In this document: positions 9,847 to 20,720 of the stretch, one piece after another
Layout of the letters: each line of letters begins with the position of its first letter
How positions within the stretch are numbered: position 1 is the first letter of the stretch
Assembly (NCBI GenBank): GCA_947447405.1
Contig: CANFKQ010000001.1
Location: 1,382 to 65,381, forward strand
Origin: Comamonadaceae bacterium
GTDB lineage: Bacteria > Pseudomonadota > Gammaproteobacteria > Burkholderiales > Burkholderiaceae_C
Direction of reading: 5' to 3'
Length of the DNA: 64,000 nt
Position numbers and translations under genes: made by a program
Notes under the pieces: generated by a model
Seen by the model: only the letters and a program-made list of their open reading frames with translations
Databases searched by the model: none
What the model was told of the DNA's origin: nothing

Positions 9847-10688
9847 GCCGTTACGCCTAAAAAAGCCTTGAGCGCATTCAAGGTCTCTTCAGGTGATTCG
9901 CTCATTTGGTGATGGCCCATGGGTACCATCACCACACTGAAGGTTTTGCCAGTGGCTTGGGCTTGATCGATCAAACTTTTAGCTGCACGAGGCGGTGTCA
10001 TTTGGTCGCTGTCACCCAGCACAAACAAAACAGGGCAGGTCACAGCAGTCATGGCCTCTAGGCCATTGGCATAGCTGTCGCATGCCACAAAGCCACGGTG
10101 AAAAACATTCACTCGCGAATTGCTGGCCAACACGCGGCGGCCTAAGGCCATGGACGCGCCATACACCCAGGTACCAGGTCCGAGTGCCGAGGGCGGCGCA
10201 GCCAGTGTGGCACGTGAAAACACATTCACCATCTTCAGCGCTTTCATCGGCTCGTTCAGCGACGCCTCAATCAACGCAGGCGATACCTTCATGGGGAAGC
10301 CTGTGCCCACCAATGCCAAGTGCACGATGCGGTCTTTCAAACGTGCGGCAATCTCCAGCGCAATCAACGAGCCCCAGCTGTGGCCTATCAAGCTCGCTTG
10401 ACGAACGCCGGAGGCATCCAGCAAGGCTTCAATGAACTGTGCTGCTTCTTCCACGCTGGCGGGCGCATCGCCACCGCTGCGTCCGTGGCCGGGCAAGTCG
10501 ACGGCCAACACATTGAAGCCGTGGTGCGCCAGATAGCGTGTTTGCAAAATCCAAACACTGTGGTCGTTGAGCACGCCGTGGATGAACACGAGGGTGGGCT
10601 TGGTTGCCTCAAAGGCTTTGCCGCCCGTGTAGGCATAGGCCTCGTAGGCTTGACCACTGGCTGTTTGGAGTTTGAATTTCATGGCCAT
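9843..10688 (-). CDS. alpha/beta hydrolase
   Basis: FIHG, DLPGHGRS, GHSWG nucleophile elbow, C-terminal GHH. Confidence 0.9.
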   Translation of the reverse strand: MAMKFKLQTASGQAYEAYAYTGGKAFEATKPTLVFIHGVLNDHSVWILQTRYLAHHGFNVLAVDLPGHGRSGGDAPASVEEAAQFIEALLDASGVRQASLIGHSWGSLIALEIAARLKDRIVHLALVGTGFPMKVSPALIEASLNEPMKALKMVNVFSRATLAAPPSALGPGTWVYGASMALGRRVLASNSRVNVFHRGFVACDSYANGLEAMTAVTCPVLFVLGDSDQMTPPRAAKSLIDQAQATGKTFSVVMVPMGHHQMSESPEETLNALKAFLGVTA

Positions 10689-10694
10689 TTCTTT

Positions 10695-12038
10695 TCAGGC
10701 TTGGGACTTTTGTGAGTTCTGTTTGGCTGCGCCACCCGATTTTTCTGCGGCCTTCAATGCACGTTTTAAATCGTCAATCAAATCGGTGGGGTCTTCTAAA
10801 CCGATGGACAGTCGAATGGTCCCCGGCCCAATGCCTGCACTGCTCAAGGCATCGTCACTCATGCGAAAGTGCGTGGTGCTGGCAGGGTGAATCACCAAGC
10901 TGCGGCAGTCACCCACGTTGGCGAGGTGGCTGAAAATTTGCAACGCTTCGATGAAGGCCTTGCCTTGCTCGCGTGATCCTTGAATGTCAAAGCTGAACAC
11001 CGAGCCTGCGCCCCGTGCACCAAAGCGCAAGATTTTTTCAGCCAGTGCGTGGCTGTGGTGGCTTTCTATCAACGGATGACCCACACGGCTGACCATCGGG
11101 TGGCTAGCCAAAAATTGCACCACTTTTTCGGTGTTGGCGATGTGGCGGTCCATGCGCAGCGACAGGGTTTCGATACCTTGCAAAATGAGCCATGCGCTGT
11201 GCGGGCTCAAGCAAGCGCCAAAGTCGCGCAGTCCTTCACGACGGGCACGCAGTAAGAAAGCACCCACGGTGCTTTCTTCGCTTAACACCATGTTGTGAAA
11301 ACCTTCGTAGCTTTGTGTGAGCTCGGGAAACTTGCCGTTTTTTTCCCAATCAAAACTTCCACCGTCCACCACGATGCCGCCAATCACGGTGCCGTGACCG
11401 CTGAGGAATTTGGTGGCTGAGTGGTAAACCAAATCGGCACCCAACTCAAAAGGATTGATCAAGTAAGGCGTGGTGAGTGTGCTGTCGACCAACAAAGGCA
11501 CACCTGCTTCCTGTGCGATGGCAGAGATGGTGGGGATGTCCAGCACATCAAGGCCCGGGTTGCCAACGGTTTCGCCAAAAAACAATTTGGTGTTGGGGCG
11601 TACCGCAGCACGCCATGCGTCTATCTCGTTGGGCTTCACAAACGTTGTTTCAATGCCAAAGCGCCTTAGCGTGTAGTGCAGTAAGTTGTGTGATCCACCA
11701 TACAAAGCCGTGCTGGCCACGATGTGCGAGCCAGCCCCCATGAGCGTGGCAATGGTCAAGTGCAGCGCGGCTTGCCCGCTGGCGGTGGTGATGGCTCCGA
11801 TGCCGCCTTCGAGCGCGGCCACACGCTGTTCTAAGACGGCGTTGGTTGGATTGCTGATGCGGCTGTAAACATGGCCTGCACGCTCAAGGTTAAACAGCGA
11901 GGCTGCATGGTCGCTCGAGTCAAACACAAATGAGGTAGTGAGGTGAATGGGCACCGCGCGTGCACCTGTGGTTGGATCGGGGGCGGCGCCTGCATGCAAG
12001 GCGAGCGTGTCAAAACTGGGGTCGTTGTAGCCGGGCAT
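10695..12038 (-). CDS. metY: O-acetylhomoserine aminocarboxypropyltransferase (sulfhydrylase)
   Basis: YSRISNPT, HSATKF PLP-lysine, HLANVGD and IRLSIGLED motifs. Confidence 0.85.
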   Translation of the reverse strand: MPGYNDPSFDTLALHAGAAPDPTTGARAVPIHLTTSFVFDSSDHAASLFNLERAGHVYSRISNPTNAVLEQRVAALEGGIGAITTASGQAALHLTIATLMGAGSHIVASTALYGGSHNLLHYTLRRFGIETTFVKPNEIDAWRAAVRPNTKLFFGETVGNPGLDVLDIPTISAIAQEAGVPLLVDSTLTTPYLINPFELGADLVYHSATKFLSGHGTVIGGIVVDGGSFDWEKNGKFPELTQSYEGFHNMVLSEESTVGAFLLRARREGLRDFGACLSPHSAWLILQGIETLSLRMDRHIANTEKVVQFLASHPMVSRVGHPLIESHHSHALAEKILRFGARGAGSVFSFDIQGSREQGKAFIEALQIFSHLANVGDCRSLVIHPASTTHFRMSDDALSSAGIGPGTIRLSIGLEDPTDLIDDLKRALKAAEKSGGAAKQNSQKSQA

Positions 12039-12115
12039 GGTTTCCTCGGGTGTTTTGTCAGAATTTCGTGCTTCATTGTGGGCTATATTCCGACCATAAC
12101 TGGTGGAGATAAACC

Positions 12116-12583
12116 ATGAAAGTCAGCGATATCCTGCGCGTCAAAGGCCAAAGCGGGGGCACCTTGTTCACCATTGATCCGATGGAGCCCTTGGTATTGG
12201 CTGTCAACATCATGGCTGAAAAAGACATGGGCTCCCTCTTGGTCATGGAGCATGGTGACTTGGTCGGCCTATTGACCTTCCGCGAAGTTATTCAAGCGAT
12301 CAATCGCAACGGCGGCACCTTGGGAGATTTCACGGTGCGCAGTGCCATGGATGATCATCCGCTGACTTGTTCTCCAGAGACACCTATTGATGATGTGCGC
12401 CGCATGATGTTGGGTAGCCACGCTCGGTACATGCCTGTGATTGGCAACCGAGAATTGCAGGGCGTGATCAGCTTTTACGACGTGGCTAAGTCGGTGGTGG
12501 ATAGCCAAAATTTTGAGAACAAGATGCTCAAGGCGTACATCAAAGACTGGCCAAGCGGCACGCCTGACCCGGACGACAAGTAA
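12116..12583 (+). CDS. CBS-domain protein
   Basis: Two CBS repeats (MKVSDIL.., GLLTFREV, MPV...GVISFYDV). Confidence 0.85.
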   Translation: MKVSDILRVKGQSGGTLFTIDPMEPLVLAVNIMAEKDMGSLLVMEHGDLVGLLTFREVIQAINRNGGTLGDFTVRSAMDDHPLTCSPETPIDDVRRMMLGSHARYMPVIGNRELQGVISFYDVAKSVVDSQNFENKMLKAYIKDWPSGTPDPDDK

Positions 12584-12621
12584 TCAAAGATAGGCTCGTG
12601 GTGGTGGGATAATCTCACCCT

Positions 12622-13722
12622 ATGAGCGGCAATACCTTCGGAACCCTTTTTACCGTCACCAATTTTGGTGAATCCCACGGCCCAGCCATTGGCTGCGTGA
12701 TTGACGGCTGCCCTCCGGGTATGTCGCTTTGCGAGGCTGACATCCAGCATGACTTGGACCGTCGTCGGCCCGGCACCAGCCGCCATGTGACACAACGCAA
12801 CGAACCCGACCAAGTGCAAATCTTGTCTGGCGTGTATGAGGGTAAAACCACCGGTACACCAATTGCACTGCTCATTCAAAACACCGACCAGCGCAGCAAA
12901 GATTACGGCAATATTTTGCAAACCTTCCGCCCTGGTCATGCGGACTACACCTATTTCCAAAAGTTTGGTATCCGCGACCCACGTGGTGGTGGCCGTTCTT
13001 CGGCACGTTTGACAGCGCCCACCGTGGCTGCTGGTGCGGTTGCCAAAAAGTGGCTGAAAGAAAAATACGGCACTACGTTCTACGGTTGCATGACGCAAAT
13101 TGGCGAGCTCCCAATTTCCTTTGAGAGTTGGGACCATGTGGGCGACAACCCGTTTTACGCCCCCTGCGCAGACGTGCAAGCCTTTGAAGGCTATATGGAC
13201 CGCCTGCGTAAAGCGGGTGACTCCTGTGGCGCACGCATTCGCGTTGTGGCCAGTGGCATGCCTGTGGGCTTAGGCCAACCGATTTATGACCGTTTGGATG
13301 CCAATATTGCCTACGCCATGATGGGCCTGAACGCCGTCAAAGGCGTGGAGATCGGTGCTGGGTTTGCTAGCGTGGCCCAACGCGGCACCACACATGGCGA
13401 CTCACTGACCCCCGAAGGTTTCGTGAGCAACAACTCAGGCGGTGTGTTGGGCGGTATCAGTACTGGCCAAGACTTGGAGGTGAGTATTGCCATCAAGCCC
13501 ACCAGTTCCATTTTGAGCCCTCGTGATTCGATTGACCAAAACAGCCAACCCACTGAGGTTGTGACCAAGGGGCGCCACGATCCTTGCGTAGGCATTCGCG
13601 CCACACCGATTGCCGAAGCCTTGTTGGCTTTGGTGGTGATGGATCATGCCTTGCTGCACCGTGCCCAATGCGGTGACGTGCAGGTGGCTATGCCAGCCAT
13701 TCCTGGTCACATTGGCACTTAG
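12622..13722 (+). CDS. aroC: chorismate synthase
   Basis: [20 protein letters not shown] and GRHDPCV motifs. Confidence 0.97.
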   Translation: MSGNTFGTLFTVTNFGESHGPAIGCVIDGCPPGMSLCEADIQHDLDRRRPGTSRHVTQRNEPDQVQILSGVYEGKTTGTPIALLIQNTDQRSKDYGNILQTFRPGHADYTYFQKFGIRDPRGGGRSSARLTAPTVAAGAVAKKWLKEKYGTTFYGCMTQIGELPISFESWDHVGDNPFYAPCADVQAFEGYMDRLRKAGDSCGARIRVVASGMPVGLGQPIYDRLDANIAYAMMGLNAVKGVEIGAGFASVAQRGTTHGDSLTPEGFVSNNSGGVLGGISTGQDLEVSIAIKPTSSILSPRDSIDQNSQPTEVVTKGRHDPCVGIRATPIAEALLALVVMDHALLHRAQCGDVQVAMPAIPGHIGT

Positions 13723-13729
13723 GTGTATT

Positions 13730-14932
13730 TTGAAACATCCATTCAAAGAAGCGCGTTCGAGTAACGCGCTTTCTCGTTTTCAGCTCTTTCCTTTTGCGGC
13801 GTTGTCCGCAAGCTACTTTGCGCACATTGGTTTTTTCAACCCTTACTTGCCGTTGTGGCTCAAAGACTTGGGCTTTTCCATCACCATCATTGGCTCTCTC
13901 ACGGCAGTACAAGCGGCGACGCGTGTGTTGGCGCCTTATGGTTGGGGTTGGTTGAGCGACCACACGGGGGAGCGTGTGAAACTGCTGCGTTTTTGTGCAG
14001 GTGCAGCGCTGATTTGCTCTGCGGGTTTGTTGGTCGAGGGCCGTGTGGTCTGGATTGCTATGGTGTTGCTGTTGATGTTCATCCACACCAGCGCCATGAT
14101 GCCCATGAGCGAGGCCGCACTAGCACATTTGGTCAGCACGGACCAAGGCTTTGATTCACGTCGCTATGGCCGGGTGCGCTTGTGGGGCTCGCTGGGATTT
14201 TTGGTCACTGTATTTGTGGCTGGTGCTTGGTTTGAGCATCAAGGCATGCAGAGCTTTCCCATGTGGGCTGTTGGCTCATTGCTCGCACTGAATGTGAGCG
14301 TTTGGTGGCTACCTAACCGCAAAGAAGCCGTGCATCACGACGAAGTTCGTCCATCCGTCATGCCCGTGTTGCGTCAACGCAAGGTGCAGTGGTTTTTTGC
14401 CACCGTGTTTTTTCATGTGCTGTCGCACATTGGTATTTATGTGTTTTTCTCGCTCTATCTTGATGAACTGGGCTACAGCAAAACCATGATTGGTGTGTTG
14501 TGGGCGGTGTCGGTGGCCGCTGAGATTGTGTGGTTCTTCACGCAGAGCCGCTGGTTACCCAAGTTCAGCTTGTCGATGTGGATGCTTATTTGTTCAGCAG
14601 TGATGGTGTTGCGCATGGTGCTCACCACCTGGGTGGCCGAGTGGATGTGGGCGTTACTTTTTGCGCAGGTGTTGCACGCACTCACTTTTGCCACCCAACA
14701 CACGGCATGCATTGCGTTGTTGTCGCACCATTTTCCTGGGCGTTTGCGTGGCAGGGGGCAAGCGCTCTATGCATCGATTGGTTATGGCGTGCCTGGCGTT
14801 CTAGGTGCTTTAGGCGGCGGGGCATTGAGCGATGCGTTTGGTTTGTCGTCGGTCTACGCCTGGTCTATCGTCACGGCTATGATCGCTTGCACATGTGCTT
14901 GGCAGTGCACTCGACATCACGCCAAGATTTAA
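13730..14932 (+). CDS. MFS transporter (PPP/3-phenylpropionate-like family)
   Basis: About 12 TM segments, YGRVRLWGSLGF motif; TTG start at 13730 after TAGGTG is inferred. Confidence 0.8.
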   Translation: MKHPFKEARSSNALSRFQLFPFAALSASYFAHIGFFNPYLPLWLKDLGFSITIIGSLTAVQAATRVLAPYGWGWLSDHTGERVKLLRFCAGAALICSAGLLVEGRVVWIAMVLLLMFIHTSAMMPMSEAALAHLVSTDQGFDSRRYGRVRLWGSLGFLVTVFVAGAWFEHQGMQSFPMWAVGSLLALNVSVWWLPNRKEAVHHDEVRPSVMPVLRQRKVQWFFATVFFHVLSHIGIYVFFSLYLDELGYSKTMIGVLWAVSVAAEIVWFFTQSRWLPKFSLSMWMLICSAVMVLRMVLTTWVAEWMWALLFAQVLHALTFATQHTACIALLSHHFPGRLRGRGQALYASIGYGVPGVLGALGGGALSDAFGLSSVYAWSIVTAMIACTCAWQCTRHHAKI

Positions 14933-14945
14933 GCCTAAACCACAT

Positions 14946-15989
14946 TCAGTTTGTCAGGCGTAAAAACATCATTTTGGATTGCTGTGATACCCAATGGTGG
15001 ATGGGGATTTCCGCTTTTTCGTGCAGAAATAAACCAATGCCGACACTGCACAACCAAGCAAAGAGGGTCAAAGCCATGGCCATGTCGGGATCGTAAAAGT
15101 GGCTGGTGTTCCACATCGCGCTGAACAACACAATCACGCCAAAGTGAGTCAAGAACAACACGTAAGCGCTGTTCGATAAGCGATGCACCACCCGTTTCAT
15201 GGGCGTCCAGTGCACCATGCCTTTCGGTTTGATGACCAACCATACGGCAGTGACCAATGCCAGCGTAAGACGTGTGCGGTATTCAAGCCACAACGCACCG
15301 ATGCAAAGTAAGACCGTGAACCAAAACACCGCAGTATCTGACTTCGAGCGTTTTGCCCATGCAGCCAAAACGCCCAAACCGTACGCTGCAAAGAAATAAA
15401 TGGCCCAGATGTCAAGCTTATCGACGCGGTTGAAGTGCCACATAGAAACGACGCACAGCAAGGCAACTCCAATGGACAAACCTTTGTGTTTATCGCTTTG
15501 TAGGGTGTGGCACAACACCATCAACACCGCATAAAGTTGAAAATCGACGGCCACATACCAAGCGCCGCTGGACAAGGCTTCAAAGCCCAAGAGGTCGTGC
15601 GCCAACAAGGCGTGAGCGACGAACTGCCAAGCTGTGGGCACGCTTGGCAACCAACTCGCGTGAATGCTGTGGCGAGATACGCTGACGGCCAGGCTGATCA
15701 GTGCCAGCGCTAATAGATAAATAGGCGCCAAGCGTAAGTAGCGCTTGAACACGCTCATGACAGGATGTTTGATGGGTTTGTTCATCACCGATTGCGCCGC
15801 TAAATAACCACCCACAACCAAAAAGACCTGGACGGCCAAGCGTGCACTGCGGTACAACCAATCCATTAATTGCGGCCAAGCCAAGGTCATGGTGTCAGCC
15901 ATCGGGCCATAGGCAGAAAAATGGTGCCACACGATGAATTGAGCAGCCACGACTTTCAAGACATCAACGGTAAACGAACGCTCTAACAA
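14946..15989 (-). CDS. acyltransferase 3 (OafA-like) membrane protein
   Basis: AVQVFLVVGGYL, KRYLRL and WYVAVDFQLY motifs. Confidence 0.8.
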   Translation of the reverse strand: MLERSFTVDVLKVVAAQFIVWHHFSAYGPMADTMTLAWPQLMDWLYRSARLAVQVFLVVGGYLAAQSVMNKPIKHPVMSVFKRYLRLAPIYLLALALISLAVSVSRHSIHASWLPSVPTAWQFVAHALLAHDLLGFEALSSGAWYVAVDFQLYAVLMVLCHTLQSDKHKGLSIGVALLCVVSMWHFNRVDKLDIWAIYFFAAYGLGVLAAWAKRSKSDTAVFWFTVLLCIGALWLEYRTRLTLALVTAVWLVIKPKGMVHWTPMKRVVHRLSNSAYVLFLTHFGVIVLFSAMWNTSHFYDPDMAMALTLFAWLCSVGIGLFLHEKAEIPIHHWVSQQSKMMFLRLTN

Positions 15990-16010
15990 ACCAGTGAATC
16001 CTTTGTCCGT

Positions 16011-16979
16011 TTAGTCATTCGGCTTGAACACCAGCAGCAGTGGTGAATGCACACGACCGTCGGTGTCGCGTGGCAAGATTTCGGTTTTGTCGATGGCTTT
16101 GAGTACGGCGTTGTCCCAAGCAGAGTTGCCACTGGACTTGACCAACTTCTTACTCACGATGGTGCCATCGGGTGCACAACGCACTTCCACTTCGGCCGCA
16201 GGATTGCCCGATACCGAGCTGGGGTCAAACGTGATGTTGGGTTTGACGCGTGCACGAATGCGGCCACCGTAGCTGTCGGAGGGGCCAGAGGATTTCATGG
16301 CCGTGCCGGTGGCGTTCTCGCTACCGCTCGCGCCCGCAAGTCCTGCGATGCGCTTCATGTTTTCTTTGCGAATGGCTTCGAGCTTTTTGGCTTCTTCAGC
16401 AGATGCCTTGCTGTCTTTTTGCTCGGCTTGTTTTTTCGCTTCTTTTTCTTTGCGTTCCTTCTCGTCGCGCTCTTTCTGTTTTTCCTTTTCTTTACGCTCT
16501 TTGTCCTTGCGCTCTTCTTCTTTCTTCGCTTCTAGTTTGCGCTTGTCCTCTTCGAGCTTGGCCTTGGCTTTTTTCTCGGCCTCTTTCTTTAGCTCTTCTT
16601 TGCGACGTTCTTCGGCTTTCAAAGCGTCTTGAATCTTTTTCTCTTCTTCAATCTTGCGTTTTTTAGCCAGTGCAATGTCTGCCTCGCGGTTGGGCGCGGG
16701 CGGCTCGGGCGCTTTCACCACGGGCTTAGGTGCTGGCTCTGGTTTGAGCGCTGGAGGAGGCGGTGGTGCTTCCACCTCTACTAGCTTTGGCGCAGCCGCC
16801 ATCGGCACGGCAGACCACAACTCGGCTTCGACCGACAAGCTGTTGTCTTGCTTCCACTGAATGCCAGCGGTCAGCGCCACGATGAGCAATGCATGCACGA
16901 CCAAGGCTGCACCTACAGAGCGGGCGGTTCCTTCCGTCGGTGGTGGAGCAAACTCCAGATGCTTTGCTTGTGCACTCAT
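16011..16979 (-). CDS. tolA: cell envelope integrity protein TolA
   Basis: N-terminal TM, Pro-rich and K/E-rich linker, TonB-C-like domain (KSSGNSAWDNAVLKAI); downstream of tolQR. Confidence 0.9.
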   Translation of the reverse strand: MSAQAKHLEFAPPPTEGTARSVGAALVVHALLIVALTAGIQWKQDNSLSVEAELWSAVPMAAAPKLVEVEAPPPPPALKPEPAPKPVVKAPEPPAPNREADIALAKKRKIEEEKKIQDALKAEERRKEELKKEAEKKAKAKLEEDKRKLEAKKEEERKDKERKEKEKQKERDEKERKEKEAKKQAEQKDSKASAEEAKKLEAIRKENMKRIAGLAGASGSENATGTAMKSSGPSDSYGGRIRARVKPNITFDPSSVSGNPAAEVEVRCAPDGTIVSKKLVKSSGNSAWDNAVLKAIDKTEILPRDTDGRVHSPLLLVFKPND

Positions 16980-16990
16980 GGCTTAGAGAA

Positions 16991-17422
16991 TCAATCGACC
17001 AGTTGAACCGACAGACCCACGCGTTGTATGCCTGCGCGTTGCAGTGAGTCCATGGCTTTGACCACGGTTTCGTATTTGATGGTGCGGTCTGCCGTGATGA
17101 CCACGGGGCCTTGCGATGTTTCGCCTTGTAGCTCACGCACGTCGCGTGCAAGACCTAGCAAAGTGCTGCTGACCGACTTATTCACGGTGCCCGTGCTTTT
17201 GACGGTGATCCGTTCTTCTTTGCTGATTTCCACGTGAATCACTTGGTCAGGCAAAGTTGCGGCTTTGCCAATGCTGGGCAAATCAATCACGCTGGGTGAG
17301 ATGAGCGGTGCGGTCACCATGAAGATGATGAGCAAGACCAACATCACGTCAATGAACGGCACCATGTTGATGTCGTTCATGGCGCGACGGCCGCGTCCTG
17401 ACCGAGGGGAGATAGAAGCCAT
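16991..17422 (-). CDS. tolR: TolR
   Basis: INMVPFIDVMLVLLIIFMVTAP motif. Confidence 0.92.
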   Translation of the reverse strand: MASISPRSGRGRRAMNDINMVPFIDVMLVLLIIFMVTAPLISPSVIDLPSIGKAATLPDQVIHVEISKEERITVKSTGTVNKSVSSTLLGLARDVRELQGETSQGPVVITADRTIKYETVVKAMDSLQRAGIQRVGLSVQLVD

Positions 17423-17436
17423 GCTACGTCTCCAGC

Positions 17437-18123
17437 TTAATGAGTCGTCGTGCTGGCGCTGTTGCGCTGCAAGATGTTGCTGAACTCTTCGATGAAGGTT
17501 TCTAACTTGATGGACACACGGTCAATGTCACGCGAGAAACGGTTGTAGGCCAATACCGCAGGAATCGCGGCAAACAAACCAATGGCTGTGGCTACCAACG
17601 CTTCGGCAATGCCTGGCGCCACTTTGGCCAAGGTCACTTGCTGCATACCAGCCAAGCCTGTGAAGGCGTGCATGATGCCCCACACCGTTCCGAACAAGCC
17701 AACGTAGGGCGAGACTGAGCCGACGGATGCCAACAAGGACAAGTTGGATTCAATCGCATCCATCTCGCGTTGATAGCTGGCGCGCATGGCTCGGCGTGCA
17801 CCGTCCATCAAAGCGCTGCTGTCGTTGATGCGGCGTTCGCGCAGTTTTTGGTACTCGCGCATGCCACTAGCGAAGATACGCTCCATGGGACCAGAGGTTT
17901 TGGCATTTTGTGCGGCAGCAGCGAACAGCTCGTTTAAGCTGGTGCCTGACCAAAAGTCACGCTCGAACTCCTCGTTGAGTTCTTTGATACGTTTGATCGA
18001 ACCAATCTTGCGAAAAATCGCGGCCCAGCTGGTGATGGAGACGCCCATCAGCATCAGCACCACAACTTGTACGACCCAACTGGCGTTGAGCAATAAATGA
18101 ACGATGGAAAAGTCTTGTGTCAT
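17437..18123 (-). CDS. tolQ: TolQ
   Basis: SPYVGLFGTVWGIM and APGIAEALVATAIGLFAAIPA motifs; start trimmed to MTQDF. Confidence 0.94.
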   Translation of the reverse strand: MTQDFSIVHLLLNASWVVQVVVLMLMGVSITSWAAIFRKIGSIKRIKELNEEFERDFWSGTSLNELFAAAAQNAKTSGPMERIFASGMREYQKLRERRINDSSALMDGARRAMRASYQREMDAIESNLSLLASVGSVSPYVGLFGTVWGIMHAFTGLAGMQQVTLAKVAPGIAEALVATAIGLFAAIPAVLAYNRFSRDIDRVSIKLETFIEEFSNILQRNSASTTTH

Positions 18124-18518
18124 GTCAGGCGTTCCAATACAGAAGAAGGGATTCTCGCAGGCTTCATCGTGGCAGCATTGACCCAACCGATACGAATCGT
18201 GCCTTCGCAAAGTAAAGTTTCATCCAGCCATGCTTGCTGAGCAATGACTAGGCTGGCGCGGCCACCTTCGGCGAGTGTGGCGGTGACGCGCAGCTGGTCA
18301 TCGAGCTTGGCGGGGCGGTAGTATTTGACGGCGGTTTCACTCACCACAAACATGCCGCCTGTCTCTTCGCGCAGCGCGTGCTGGCCAATTCCAAGCGCGC
18401 GCAGCCACTCGGTGCGTGCGCGCTCGAAGAACTTGAGATAGTTGGCATAGAACACGATGCCACCCGCATCTGTGTCTTCCCAATAAACCCGAATGGAGTG
18501 GTCGAAAACGGTGTGCAT
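18120..18518 (-). CDS. ybgC: tol-pal-associated acyl-CoA thioesterase
   Basis: RVYWEDTDAGGIVFYANYLKFFERARTE motif. Confidence 0.93.
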   Translation of the reverse strand: MHTVFDHSIRVYWEDTDAGGIVFYANYLKFFERARTEWLRALGIGQHALREETGGMFVVSETAVKYYRPAKLDDQLRVTATLAEGGRASLVIAQQAWLDETLLCEGTIRIGWVNAATMKPARIPSSVLERLT

Positions 18519-18521
18519 GGT

Positions 18522-19709
18522 TTAGCCCAGCAGAGTTTGTAAACGGGAGACCGCTGCTTGCAACTCGGGCAAAGAACGGGCGGTCGAAAAGCGCACAAAG
18601 CGGGAGGTGTCGGCATGGCCAAAGTCGAGGCCAGGGGTGATGGCTAAATTCGCTTGGTTCATCACTGCAAACGCAAAGTCCCAGCTGCCATTGACGCCCA
18701 GCTTCTCCGCTGCTGCCGAGCAATCAGCCCATGCGTAAAACGCGCCATCAGGCATGACGGGGACGTTCAACCCCAATGCGTTCAGGGCGGGCACAAAGTA
18801 GTCGCGTCGTGCTTTGAACTCGGTGCGGCGGCGCTCATACTCAGCAATGCTTTCGGCTTCAAAGCAAGCAAGTGCGGCGTGTTGCGCCACCGTGCTGGCG
18901 CAGATGAACAGGTTTTGTGCCAAGCGCTCCATCACAGGGACGAGTGCATCAGGCACCACCAACCAGCCCAAACGCCAACCCGTCATGTTGAAGTACTTGC
19001 TGAAGCTGTTGATGCTGATGATTTGGTCGTCGATGCCCAGTGCCGATTGGCCATACTGCGCGTCGTAGCTCAGGCCTAAATAAATTTCGTCAATCAGCGT
19101 GGTGCCCCCACGGTGTGATACCTCATCGTGAATAGCGCGTAACTCATCGGGGTGGATGGATGTGCCGGTAGGGTTTGACGGTGAAGCCAACAACACACCT
19201 CGAGTGTGAGCCGTCCAGTGGTCACGTACTTGCTCTGCACTGAGTTGAAAACGCTCAGCCGCTGTGGTCGGCACCAACACGGCGCGGCCTTCAGCGGCGC
19301 TCACAAAGTGGCGGTTGCAAGGATAGCTCGGGTCGGGCATGAGTACTTCGTCGCCGGCTTCTATCAACGCCAAGCAAGCCAGCTGCAAAGCAGCGGATGC
19401 ACCTGCAGTGATGACGATACGTCGTGCAGGCACGCTCACGCCAAAACGGTTGCTGTACCAAGCGCTGATGCGTTCGCGCAATTCTGGAATGCCAAGTGCA
19501 GGTGTGTATTGCGTGATGCCGTTTCGCACCGCGCGCGCTGCAGCCTCTTGCACCAAGGGTGGTGCGGTGAAATCGGGCTCGCCGATGTTCAGAAAAATCA
19601 TGGGCGCATCGGTATGCGCTACCAACGCGGCACGCTCGGCGGCGGCCTTGGCCACCTCCATCACATAGAAAGGCTCAATGCGTTGCGCGCGCTGGGCGAT
19701 CTTCATCAT
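18522..19709 (-). CDS. PLP-dependent class I/II aminotransferase
   Basis: GEPDF, SPSNPTG, DEIY and [14 protein letters not shown] motifs. Confidence 0.92.
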   Translation of the reverse strand: MMKIAQRAQRIEPFYVMEVAKAAAERAALVAHTDAPMIFLNIGEPDFTAPPLVQEAAARAVRNGITQYTPALGIPELRERISAWYSNRFGVSVPARRIVITAGASAALQLACLALIEAGDEVLMPDPSYPCNRHFVSAAEGRAVLVPTTAAERFQLSAEQVRDHWTAHTRGVLLASPSNPTGTSIHPDELRAIHDEVSHRGGTTLIDEIYLGLSYDAQYGQSALGIDDQIISINSFSKYFNMTGWRLGWLVVPDALVPVMERLAQNLFICASTVAQHAALACFEAESIAEYERRRTEFKARRDYFVPALNALGLNVPVMPDGAFYAWADCSAAAEKLGVNGSWDFAFAVMNQANLAITPGLDFGHADTSRFVRFSTARSLPELQAAVSRLQTLLG

Positions 19710-20230
19710 CCCTCGCGCAGCTTGCCTTTGGCGCGATCAGACTCAACTTCAAGGGCGCGCAGTTTGGGCGCTAATCCATTGAGCACGCCGTTCACGTATT
19801 TGTGACCGTCGGTACCGCCGAAGGATTTGGCGAGCTCGATGTATTCGTTCAGCACCACGCGCCATGGCACGTCGATGCAGTGTTGAAACTCGTACGCGCC
19901 CATCCACATGACGGCATGTTCGATGGGGGAAATTTCGTCGAGCTTGCGGTCCAGCAGAGGTCCAATCAACGAATCCAAAATTTCGCGTTGCTCAATGCAG
20001 CCGTACAACAGCGCGTCGTAGTGCACGGAGTCTGATTTGTGGAAACCGCTGAGGTCGCGGGTGAATATGTCGATATCGGCGGCTTCGTTTTGGCCCACTA
20101 AAAATTGGTAGAGGCCTTGAAGCGCAAATTCACGAGAGCGACTGCGGCCCGATTTGGCGGCGCTCTTGGTGGTGCCGTTGCTGGCTATTTTTCGTGGGGC
20201 CTTGTCGTCGGCTTTGTGTAGTTCGCTCAT
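19706..20230 (-). CDS. nusB: transcription antitermination factor NusB
   Basis: [28 protein letters not shown] and YVNGVL motifs. Confidence 0.95.
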   Translation of the reverse strand: MSELHKADDKAPRKIASNGTTKSAAKSGRSRSREFALQGLYQFLVGQNEAADIDIFTRDLSGFHKSDSVHYDALLYGCIEQREILDSLIGPLLDRKLDEISPIEHAVMWMGAYEFQHCIDVPWRVVLNEYIELAKSFGGTDGHKYVNGVLNGLAPKLRALEVESDRAKGKLREG

Positions 20231-20700
20231 GCCAAGCTCTCCAACAACAGCGCCATTTCGACGGCCACGCGTGCGGCATCGCGACCTTTGTCGGTTTGAC
20301 GAGCCACCGCTTGTGGCATGTCTTCGGTGGTGAGGATGGCGTTGGCAATGGGCACGTGGTAGTCCATACCCACGCGGGTCACGCCTGCGCCAGATTCGTT
20401 GGCCACCAATTCAAAGTGGTAGGTCTCGCCACGGACGATGCAGCCCAGCGCGATGAGTGCGCTGAACGGTTCTGGGTCTTCAATTTGTGCGAGTGCAGCC
20501 AAGGCCAAAGGCACTTCGAGGGCGCCCGGCACATGCACATGGGTGATGCGGTCATCCGCCACGCCCATGGCCTTGAGTTCGGCGATGCAGGCAGCGGCGA
20601 GTGCGTTGGTGATGTCGTCGTTGAAGCGTGCTTGGACGATGCCAATTTTCAAAGCGCTACCGTCGAGCGTGGTGGTGGAGGCGAGGTTGGAGATAAACAT
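20227..20700 (-). CDS. ribH: 6,7-dimethyl-8-ribityllumazine synthase
   Basis: [15 protein letters not shown] and RGETYHFE motifs. Confidence 0.95.
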   Translation of the reverse strand: MFISNLASTTTLDGSALKIGIVQARFNDDITNALAAACIAELKAMGVADDRITHVHVPGALEVPLALAALAQIEDPEPFSALIALGCIVRGETYHFELVANESGAGVTRVGMDYHVPIANAILTTEDMPQAVARQTDKGRDAARVAVEMALLLESLA

Positions 20701-20720
20701 ATTTTTATTCTTTGATCGTT

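Noticed and set aside
13747-13775. Hairpin AAGCGCGTT/AACGCGCTT after aroC as a terminator or REP
   Set aside because: Single copy with a weak T tail, probably inside the MFS 5' coding region; not enough support
16380-16660. Low-complexity CTT/TTC-rich repeats
   Set aside because: Normal Lys/Glu-rich helical linker of TolA
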